NCBI GenBank assembly: GCA_964252035.1 | Contig: OZ176216.1 | Source of the DNA: Podarcis erhardii | Taxonomy: Eukaryota | DNA length: 64,000 nucleotides | Strand: one strand, 5' to 3' | Shown here: piece after piece, positions 1 to 9,680 of the stretch | Layout of the letters: every line of letters begins with the position of its first letter | Numbering within the stretch: position 1 is the first letter of the stretch | Made by a program: the position numbers and the translations under genes | The notes under the pieces: model-generated | The model's input: the letters and a program-made list of their open reading frames with translations, nothing else | Told to the model about the DNA's origin: nothing | Databases searched by the model: none

Positions 1-434
1 TTTTGCTCCAAGCAAGTGGCTCATTGCTGCAGGACAGATTTATTTCTTGGACTGGAGAAACCTGGTGGCCCTCCAGATCTTGCTGGAGTCTGACTCCCAT
101 CAGCCTCTACCAGTGTAGCCAATAGTGTAGCCAGGTTTAGTGCTCAGGCTTGTGCCCTGGGGAGGGCACTTCACTGCTGCTAATGCAGCCATTGGACTTC
201 ACCCCCGGAGGCACACTCCACTGGCTCTCGAGACAGATGCCAGCCAATGGCACTGTAGCTCAGCAACACCTGTTCTCCAAAAGGTTTTCCACCCATGCTA
301 CAAACATGTCTTGTGAGGGTGAGCCTCATCTCTGAAGCTCCCTTTTCCTGGGTTTTGAGGATGGGGTTTAATTTTGCCCCTGTTCCTGCAACATAGTTCT
401 AAAGATGTGGTCTCTTTGCTTTATTATGTTACAG

Positions 435-459
435 GGTTACACGACCTGCTCTTCAGAAT
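435..459 (+). CDS. VSIG10L2: Probable 25-nt VSIG10L2 microexon (xLHDLLFRM)
   Basis: Acceptor tttattatgttacag, donor GTAAGT; phase 1-2 supplies the phase needed by the 2524 exon. Confidence 0.55.
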
Positions 460-1399
460 GTAAGTGGTATCCTCTATTCTTTGCCTTTTATGTCCTCTGT
501 CACTCATCGATTCCTGCTCTCTCTCTTGTTGACTTATGTTAGGGATAGCCAATATGGTCCAGCCTTACAGATGTTGGACTATAACTCCCATCATTCTTAA
601 TCATTGCCTATGCTGGCTGGGGCTGATGGGCGTGGAGAACAACGTATGAAGAGCAACCCGTTGACTGCAAGTGGTCTGCATTCACAGCTCAAACAGCTAC
701 ACCCCATGGAACACTTTATGCCAAAATAAATGTGCTTCCCAGAATTTTCCTTTGCTAATTTTGATGTCAGAGCTTGTCAGAGTTGGGCTGTAGGCAGCTG
801 TTGAGTAAGAATTGCAAGCCACGAATCATAAACCAGGAATCGCAAGACAGGAATCAGAGACAGCAAAGTCTGTTGTGGCCCTGTCAATGTTCCAGTCTGA
901 ACAAGAAGTCATAGAATTGGAAGGGACTGTGAGGGTCTTTGCATCTCTTCCTGCAGTAAGTCAATGGCAAGCTAGGTGCTTCAGGAGCCCTTGCTGCAAC
1001 TATGGGGACCCTGAAATTCTCCAGATGTTGTTGGACTCCAACACTCATCAGCTCCATGCAGCATAGCCAATGGTCAAGGCTGATGGGAATCAGAGTTCAA
1101 CAAAATTTGGAAGACATCTGTTCCTCCACCCCATCTTACTGCCCAGAATATACTGTGACTTGCCACCTAAATGGCTCAGCAGATGGGAGGAATAATGAAT
1201 TTCATGGCTTTGCAGAGTGTATATACGTTAGTGTGTACACACACTTCCAGATAGCCTTTAAATATTTTGTCAGTGCTGAGTATCTACTGCCATTTGATTT
1301 CAATGTTTCATATATGACCTTGATGCTTATTTTTAATATTTGGTTGTTGCTATTTTGTGCACTAGCTGTCAAATTTAGCATATATATATATATATATGA

Positions 1400-1800
1400 G
1401 ATTGTATTTATAATTTTCATTTATATATATTACAACAATTACTCAACCATAATTTTAACATAACTTCAACTTCCTTCCCCCTCTTTTTGTGGTTCTTTAC
1501 ATTTATTTTCATCCTTTGCCGCATACTCCAAATTATCTTAACTTATTATTTTATTCATCTATTCTTATATATATATCTCATATATATTTTTGAAGCTGCA
1601 GGTTTTTAGAATAATCCTGCCAATGTCTTGATCTGTTTACAGCTCATTTGTAAGTGCTCAATAAACCATTTCCATTCCTTTCTAAAACATTTGTTATCTT
1701 GATTTCTTACTCTTCCAGTAAGTTTTGCCCTTTCTGCATTAGTTTCTGTAACCATTCTTGTCTCGTTGTGACCTCTTCTTCCTTCCATTTTTGGGCAAAT
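1400..1800 (-). mobile_element. L1-clade LINE 3' remnant (ORF2 C-terminus and 3'UTR)
   Basis: Decayed peptide AKLTGRVRNQDNKCFRKEWKWFIEHL typical of non-mammalian L1 ORF2 ends; homologous to 1880-2260. Confidence 0.7.
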
Positions 1801-1879
1801 AACAATTTTGCAGCTATGGTGCCAGGCTTAGCATTTGGCAGAAGATGTCAGTTGACAGAGACCTTACAACAAGAATGTT

Positions 1880-2260
1880 ACTTGCCCCCAAATGGAAAGA
1901 AGCAGAAGTCTCAGTGAAAGAAGAATGGATACAAAAATTTACGGAATATGCAGAAATGGCAAAATTACCGGAAGAATAAGAAATCAGGATAACAATTTTT
2001 TTATAAAAGAATGGAAATGGTTTATTGAATATTTCCAGATAAATTGTAAACAGATAAGAACATTGGCAGGATTATTACAATAACCTGCAGTTTCATAAGA
2101 GTATATTTTTAAAGAAGAAGAATCAATGGGCAAATTAAGTAAATTTGGATATGCAGAAGATATTAAAAATAAATTTAAGGAACCGCAGAAAGAGGGGGAA
2201 GGAAGTCAAGTTTTGACATGTCAAAATGATTGCAAAATCAATGAAATGTATAAATATGAA
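1880..2260 (+). mobile_element. L1-clade LINE 3' remnant
   Basis: KITGRIRNQDNNFFIKEWKWFIEYFQINCKQIRTLAGLL; followed by (GA)n. Confidence 0.7.
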
Positions 2261-2261
2261 A

Positions 2262-2263
<2 letters not shown>

Positions 2264-2323
<60 letters not shown>
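2264..2323. repeat. (GA)30 microsatellite
   Basis: Directly visible; source of the poly-ER ORF. Confidence 0.98.
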
Positions 2324-2326
<3 letters not shown>

Positions 2327-2523
2327 TAGGAGATTTTATATTGGACACTTGCCAGAGTAAAACACTTAAGAAGAGCCCAACCTCCACCCAAGCCTAAAGA
2401 ACCGAAATTGTGAACACATGATCGTAAGAATAGTATGGATGTGAGAGAGCCAAAAGACTTGAGATGTTTCTAGCTGTGTCTTCACTTTTTCCTTCTATGT
2501 CTCTTGTGTACACATCCCTTTAG

Positions 2524-2648
2524 GGCTGGCGGAGAAGCCCGTGAGCACATCAGCACTCCAGAAGATGCTGAGACAGCAGCAGGGATGGAAGGAGGGACCA
2601 GTGAGCACCTTGGAGAGCCTTCCACGGAAGCTGAGGAAACAGCAGCAG
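2524..2648 (+). CDS. VSIG10L2: Probable VSIG10L2 cytoplasmic-tail exon AGGEAREHISTPEDAETAAGMEGGTSEHLGEPSTEAEETAA
   Basis: Pyrimidine-rich acceptor ending ccctttag; donor CAG|GTAAAC; 125 nt, phase 2-1, joins the terminal exon in frame; same acidic composition as the last exon. Confidence 0.65.
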
Positions 2649-3870
2649 GTAAACGGATGGCAGACCTCCACCATCACCGGATTAACAAAGTTGACTTGCA
2701 TCCAAACCAGGCTTCTACTTGTGGGAGCATCCTCTAAGTGGAGTTCCGCTCATGTGAAGCTCCCACCAGGAGAAGAAGTGGTGTGGTTATCCCTTTTCTT
2801 GGAAAACCCATTGTGCCTCTGAAAATCTACTCTGGAAGACGGGCAACCACAGTAGGAACTGGTGACTCACATGTGTGGACAAAGGCACTACTGATCAACG
2901 AGTGCAGATTTTACAAGTCCTTTGACATAGTGCAGTTCATCTATTCAGACACTTGGTTTCTCTGGAAAGGAAACGGTTGCTTATTTATAAGTACATAAAT
3001 GTCACTGCCATTCCCCGTTTTGAAGAGGCAAGCTCACTTTTAAACTGAACGGCAGCTTGCCTCTTTGGGAGCGGCAGCAACATACAGTTTCCTAATTAAG
3101 CACATGAATCTGTTTTCTCTTTTTGTAACTGAAGCCGGAATTTTGTATGTCGAGAGTTTGGTTTTCATTGAAAAATATAGGAAGCCTCAGCGCCCTCCTG
3201 CCCTGCTTTTGTTCAGTCACATTCCACGATGCTGACCGTCGTGCTGAGTCACTTCATTCGCCAAAGAACACATGTATACAAAACAAACTCCTTGCACCCA
3301 ACTTGCCATGGTTAGGCGTTGTTTCTGTTTTCTTGCAAGCACAAAACCTGCATTTCATTGGGACAAAGTGCCGGACCTAGGAGTCAACAATTTGGGTCAA
3401 CAATCCCTCCCTTGTTTTCCCCAAACACTCTCGTCTTGCAAAAATAGGGGCTGGTTCTCTGCCCCATGTTCTTTTGCAAAGGGAAAGGGAAGGGATTTCT
3501 CTGAAGTGTTCAGAAGTGGTACAGCTCACCTGACTGGGTCTTGCTAGGAAGTGAGCCCTGTGGGAAGAGTCTCATGCTGCTTCCCACGAGCCGCACTTCC
3601 TGGAATGCCTTGGGAGGGATGCAACATGCAATGATGTGGCAACGCTGGTGAGAAATTACAGAGACAGGACAAGAGCCTCACACAAATGATGCAAATGATG
3701 TGGGGCTAAATGGAAAAGCCTTGGCAACCTCGAAAGGTTTAATTGAGGTAAGGGGCAGGCTTCTCTTCAGAAAATCTCTCCCCATCTTACTTTTTGTAAG
3801 GTTTTCCTTTTGCCCCCATCCACCCATCCAATGAATGGTCCAAGGAAGGAAGGAACTTGGTAACAGATTT

Positions 3871-4677
3871 TGTGATTCAAGGACCTGCCACCTGCTTGGG
3901 GATAAGAAAGGAACATGGACACAGTATATTAGGTTAATGGGCTAAAAAAGGTCACAACTTTATTGATTACAGCATGTGAGAGGTATTGGCTTAGGCATTG
4001 GATAAAACAACAGAGCGTGACTCCACCCCCTCAGGGAGGGGTGAGTCTATCAAGGGTTAACCACCAGTGGGAGGAGCCTGTTGATGCAAATACAACTGTA
4101 AGCTTCCCATGGTGTCACTGGGGCTCGTGCCATGGCCCTAGTCACCAGCAAGGGCATCGGACAGGATCCACGACCGCTGGATTCCTTTACCGGAATACCC
4201 ATAAAGTGGAGGGGTAGGCGATGGCCACACCCTGCCTCCCAATACACAAACATATTCCAATGTCTAACCGCCAATACCTAAAAGTTGTGATGATTTGCTA
4301 CAAGATAGGCGAAAACCAAGTGGCCGGTGCCAATTTGCCAGTTGGATAAAAATTCCTACCAGGCCCCTTGGGCAACCAAGGCGACCAACCACAGGTCCAT
4401 AGCAAGGTCAAGAACCAAGCAATGAACTAAAGGGAGGGTGGGTGGGTGATCCGTCAAAAACTAGCAGCGGAACGAAAGGGAAGTGCTGCCACAGCCACAT
4501 GTGAGCGGCAAAACCCCTCCCCCAAGCCTCCACCTGACTGGTTGGCTAACTGGGGGCGTGGTGTGGCAGCCAGGCCAGCTGGGCAGGGGCTGGAACACCC
4601 CCTGCCAACGTGGGAAACATCTCCTGCTCACAACTACTCCCCTCTGTAAGGAGGAGAGGCTTTAGCAAAAAATTACA
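3871..4677 (-). mobile_element. Unclassified CpG-rich repeat, LTR- or DIRS-like terminal repeat
   Basis: TGTGA...TTACA termini; minus-strand AATAAA near 3959; CpG-rich relative to flanks; no TSD found. Confidence 0.4.
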
Positions 4678-4778
4678 GAGACCTGTATATCCAAACCAAA
4701 TGTTTGTAGCACCAAAATGTACCTTTTCTCAATTCAGAGTTGTCAACATGCTGCTTTCAATCTAGGTTTGTTCTAGAT

Positions 4779-4914
4779 CAGGCATCCCCAGACTTAGCCA
4801 TCCAGCTGTTGTTTGACTTCAATTCCCATCATCCTTGACCACTGGTCCTGTTAGCTAGGGATGATGGGAGTTGTAGTCCCAAAACAGCTGGAGGGCCGAG
4901 TTTGGGGATGCCTG
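4779..4914. mobile_element. hAT (Charlie-like) palindromic MITE
   Basis: CAGGCATCCCCA...TGGGGATGCCTG termini; 8-bp TSD TTCTAGAT/TTCTAGTT (1 mismatch), resembling the NTCTAGAN Charlie target. Confidence 0.85.
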
Positions 4915-5359
4915 TTCTAGTTCTTGCTGTCCACAAGGCTGGGCATGGCTACTTGATACACATTTGACAACCTTCCTTTGATTAGATTTCCCCTGCCTTT
5001 TCCTCACTGTGCATGAGGCAGGTGAAAGAAAAAGGAAGTGGTTGCAATTTTGTTATATGCCCACTCACAATGCCATTACGCAGATGTGGATATATCCCCC
5101 AGTTGCCAGGCTTCCTACATTTCTTTCAAAATGGACACATGGCAGGGTAATACAGAATCAAATAGCAATGAGTCCTTCTCTTCAGAAAGGGACTTATTTC
5201 TCAAGAAGCACTTTTCTGGGCAAAAAAGAAACATGCAATAGGTCTAGATCGTTTGCGGGCTACATTAAAAAAACCAAAAAACCCCTCAAGTATGCAGTTT
5301 CAATTAATTCTAGAATAGAACGTCATGTGTACATAGGCAGAAACTATTGACTGCCTTTC

Positions 5360-5845
5360 GTTTTTAAAAATATATATTTTATTTTTCATTTTTTAAAAAC
5401 AACATTCATATACATTTAAGACATTTTCAATTTCTATACATCTGGGACTGCTTAGATCCCCACGCCTGGTTTCCAATTTTCCTTTTCATTCTATCACATA
5501 TAATTACATTTATCTAATCTGTTTTATCTCATTTTTTACCTTAAATCATATTACATTGTAAGTGTGATAACAATCCTGCTAACGTTTTTAAATATCTACA
5601 GTGGTCTTTTAAGTATCTACAGAATCTATCATTCTTTTCCTCACTCATGACTATTTTTTTTTTTAATCATCTTGTCTGATCTTCATGGTCATCTTTGCCA
5701 TTTCGGCATAATCCATCATCTTGGTTATCCACTCTTCTTTGGTTGGGACTTTCTCTTCCTTCTACTTCTGGATGAGCAGCATTCTTGCTGCTGTTGTCGC
5801 ATACATAAATAGTCTTTTTAAGTCTTTTTGCATTTCATCTCCTGT
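5360..5845 (-). mobile_element. L1-clade LINE 3' remnant (third, more diverged copy)
   Basis: Decayed FMYATTAARMLL...VPTKEEWITKMMDYAEMAKMT...TLAGLL. Confidence 0.65.
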
Positions 5846-6170
5846 TGATTGCCTTTCCCCCATCAGCTCACAAGCAATGGCATAGCTAGCTGCTCAGGCA
5901 CCCGGGGCGGCACAAATGCCCTAAACCTGGGGCAGGGCAAGCCAGGACAGAGCATGCTGTGCAGAACCTCCACGGAGTCCACAAGCCCCACGCTGCCATT
6001 TTGGGTAGCGCAGAGCCTGCAGGACGCCTGAGCCACCGCATCACTCCCCAAGAAAGAGGTGTGGCTCAGGCATCCTGCAGGCCAGGCCCCACATCCACCC
6101 TCCTCAGTGATGACACCTGCGGTGACCTGCACCCACCACACACCCCTTCCTACGCCACCTCTCACGAGTA

Positions 6171-6401
6171 CAGTGGTACCTCAGGTTAAGAACTTTATTT
6201 GTTCTGGAGGTCTGTTCTTAACCTGAAAGTGTTCTTAACCTGAAGCACCACTTTAGCTAATGGGGCCTCCCGCTGCTGCCGTGCGATTTCTGTTCTCATC
6301 CTGAAGCAAAGTTCTTAATCTGAGGTACTATTTCTGGGTTAGCAGAGTCTTTAACCTGAAGCGTATGTAACCTGAAGCATCTGTAACCCAAGGTACCACT
6401 G
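6171..6401. mobile_element. Tc/mariner (Tigger/pogo-like) MITE
   Basis: TA|CAGTGGTACCT...AGGTACCACTG TIR; internal AACCTGA motifs; 3' TA not intact. Confidence 0.85.
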
Positions 6402-6441
6402 TCCCTTATATATTTTGTGCATGTGTTTCTTCCTTTTACAG

Positions 6442-6584
6442 AGGTTAGCCCTGGGGAGGCTACAGAAGCCCCAGAGGATTCGGCCGTGGCCCAGGAAGAA
6501 GCCCCAGGTCCAGCGCCTGTCCCAGAACCCACCGCTGATGACCCTCCAGTTAATGTGACAATCACAGTGACCGCCACCCCATGA
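6442..6584 (+). CDS. VSIG10L2: Terminal coding exon of a probable VSIG10L2 ortholog
   Basis: Strong acceptor cttccttttacag; EVSPGEATEAPEDSAVAQEEAPGPAPVPEPTADDPPVNVTITVTATP*. The C-terminus matches human VSIG10L2 as recalled (PVNVTITVTATP), and VSIG10L2 lies tail-to-tail with CDON in human. Confidence 0.82.
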
Positions 6585-7471
6585 CCACCAGGAAATCTGA
6601 CTCCCCGGTAGTCAAAATAGCTTGGTGAGAGCTATTCAGGTCAACAAGGGGAGGACAGTGATATGGGGGAGGATTGCAATGCTTGGGAGAAACTGGAGGG
6701 AGATATCAGACCACTCCTTGAATCAGGCAAGATCTTTCTTGTCACAGATCCTGAAGCTTCTTCCTCTTTGAAGGCAGAAGGCCACATCTAAGCGCTAGCC
6801 ACAGAATCAAAAGGGTCCTTGCAGCAAATAAGGGATAGCCTGTGAAAAATCTGGAGGATGCCTTCCTTAGAGAAAGAGGTGTGCTTCTTTCCTTCCTCTT
6901 TGTAGAAGCTGGCTGGGCAGTTCCTGGTCTAGGAATGACGACGGGGAAGCCTCAGAGGTGCCACTTTAGTTTGCATGTGGTTACTGAAGATTCAGAGACC
7001 TCATCTGGGAGACCTGGGACAAAATCCTGTTATCCAACAGATGCTGGTTTCTTTGTACATTAGTGGGTGTGCAGAAAACCATTGCTAATGATTGGTTGCT
7101 GCTGTTAAACAGTCTGATGCACTGACAGTGTGGAATCTTTTTTTTCCTTAGTGGGAGAAGGAGGAATCTGAAAGTGCCTGGGATATTAAGTAGGTGTGTT
7201 GTCCCTGGGCTCCTTTAGAAAACGATAGAGTCCTAACCCCCTCTCTTCCTCCAGCATCTCAGAGGTTACTCACTTAGATGAGAGTCTAGTTACTCCAGCT
7301 TCACCTTTAAGGCTAAATACACCCTTAAGATGTACTAGGGAAAGAGCTGCCACCATTTGCTGAGAAGCAGAAGCTCTTGCTATCCGGATCAGTTGCTTTG
7401 GATTAATACAAAGTTGCACTGTACCACATCAGACAGCTGGTTCATCTAGCTCAATATATTTTCAGGGGCAG

Positions 7472-7722
7472 GGAGGAGGAGGAGAAGGAGTTTGGATTTG
7501 ATATCCCGCTTTATCACTACCCTAGGGAGTCTCAAAGCGGCTAACAATCTCCTTTCCCTTCCTCCCCCACAACAAACACCCTGTGAGGTGAGTGGGGCTG
7601 AGAGACTTCAAAGAAGTGTGACTGGCCCAAGGTCACCCAGCAGCTGCATGTAGAGGAGCGGAGACGCGAACCCGGTTCACCAGATTACGAGACTGCTGCT
7701 CTTAACCACTACACTATGCTGG
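7472..7722 (-). mobile_element. Squam3-type tRNA-derived SINE
   Basis: tRNA-like head with A and B boxes on minus, CORE-like body, purine-triplet tail; close to the copy at 30841. Confidence 0.88.
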
Positions 7723-7799
7723 TCCCTCGATAACATTCATCACTCCTGGCTATTGGCTATGCTGCCTGAGGCTGATGGGAGCATGCAGTACATAGCATT

Positions 7800-7940
7800 T
7801 GGAGAGCATCACATTTGCTACCCCTCAGTCTGCACTGACTGGCAGCACCACCTCAGAGTTTCAGGACTGTCCCAATCCCATTTGGAGATGCTGGGGACAG
7901 AACCTGGGACATTCTTCATGTGGCCCATGTCCTCTGCCAC
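7800..7940 (-). mobile_element. Old tRNA-derived SINE fragment
   Basis: ACTGACTGGCAGC...GGAGATGCTGGGGACAGAACCTGGGAC; related copies near 38440-38620 and 44020-44165. Confidence 0.55.
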
Positions 7941-9549
7941 TAAAAACCGGTTTCTCCGACAGTTAGGTTCAAACCAAAAGGTGCAGGTGGCTATTTAACA
8001 TTACACAAATTACAACCGCAGAAATGGAAAGCAAGACCTTGCTTCTAACTCAATATTTGTCTTAGGTGGTTTTTTTTTTTTTTAAAGTTTACTTGGCTGC
8101 CAGCCTGCTTTAAACCTCAGACCTATTTCTCTAATTGCTGGCTAGATCGAAACCACCAAGCTGTTTTCTACAGCTCCCATCCAAGTGGAACTTGTTTAAG
8201 TCCTCAGCTGACATTAAGCAAACACATTCAGTTTGCAAGATATATAGCAGGCTGAAGAAATGTTGGTTTTGCCTATCTCAAAAGGATGCTTGCCTCTTGG
8301 AGACAATGACAATTGTGATGGGATCTGTGAGCCATTGACTGAATTTTGGTTGTTCCGATGAATGGATATCTCCATGAGTGCAAGGGTTCATCTACAGTTC
8401 TGTTTGCCCCACCACTCCCCCCCCAAAAAAACCCCATGGTTTAGCACTGAATGGGAACAAAGGGCAATTGGGTTTCCCCACAGATTGTCCTTGGTTCCAA
8501 ATCTCTGATAAAGTGCCAGTTTTCCAGGGGACAGTTGCTGGGCAAAGGCAAAACTGCCCAAAGCCATACTTTCTAGGCATAGGACAAGGGGAAGTGCGAA
8601 GGAGCCCAAAGAAAGGGCCCAAACTAACCTAACATCCAGATCCTAAACACATTTACTTGGACAAAACCACACCCACCTGCCTGACACCAGACACCACAAG
8701 ATGTGGGGCAGGTAGAAATGTGGCTGCAAATGTACCATCAGAAGCCCTAAAGTGTACTCATGATTTTGTATTGGCAAAGAAGAGTTGACGGGCAGTAGAG
8801 CCAAGGCTTCTGGATTAGCCTACACTAGGGGCCTGCCCATAGGGAACTCCCTTGTGCACCCAATGTCTGCAGAAAGCAGGTGTCAGGTCAAGTGCTGCAT
8901 TTAAATAACTCCGTTTAAAAGATATAGAAGCACAGTCCCAGGTCGGATCTTGCCATTTTGGTAGAGATAGATGCTATCCTTTCTCCCCAATGGTCATCCT
9001 ACAGGTTAAATTCACTCTTATGGGTGCCCTTTGGAGATAGAGGAGCAATAAAAGTCTTGTGGTGATTGCGGTTTCAGTAGAAGCTGCCCTCACAGCTCTA
9101 CCCATGTCTGCCCCTTGCAACTAGCTGACAGTCACCTTTGTGTTTGATCCACAACAACGCAGGGAATATTTCTTTGCCATAGCTATACCCTCCCTGCCAC
9201 CCCTCCCGTTCAGTCTTGCTTGATGGAAATGGTTGGACGAATCTATTGAAATGGGTCTGACGTCTCTGCTCAGCCTAGACTCTCAGACCACCTCTTCCTT
9301 ACTGTCTTTTGAAGGAGGCTGGGTAGTCTGTCTGGAGCCCCAGGTCCAAGAAGAAGTGTGGTAACCAAGGGACTAATTTCCCAGTTTGGGAACCCCAGTG
9401 CGATTGTATCATGCACCCATTTCAGGGCTTTGCAAAATTATTTTGCTCCTTGGGAATGGCTGCGTCCATCTCTTGCGCAGATATGTGACAACACCTAAGT
9501 CAATGGCTATAGGTTAGCTGTTTGGAGGTGAAGAAGATTCTTTTTTTGG

Positions 9550-9680
9550 ATCTAGTGGGGAACCTGTGACTCTCCAGATGTGTTGGATTCCAACTCCCAT
9601 CATCATTGACCATTTGGGCTGGGGCTGATGGGAGCTGGAGTCCAACCACACCTGAGGGCCACTGATTGTCAATCTCTGGT
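9550..9680. mobile_element. Degenerate hAT-like palindromic MITE (same family also near 58, 545, 1000, 11565, 12920, 13950, 41335, 51335)
   Basis: CTCCAGATGT...AACTCCCATCA...TGATGGGAG core shared with the intact copies at 4779 and 62281. Confidence 0.7.

Noticed and set aside
2126-2329. ORF ending in poly-ER
   Set aside because: Translation of an L1 3'UTR remnant plus the (GA)30 microsatellite
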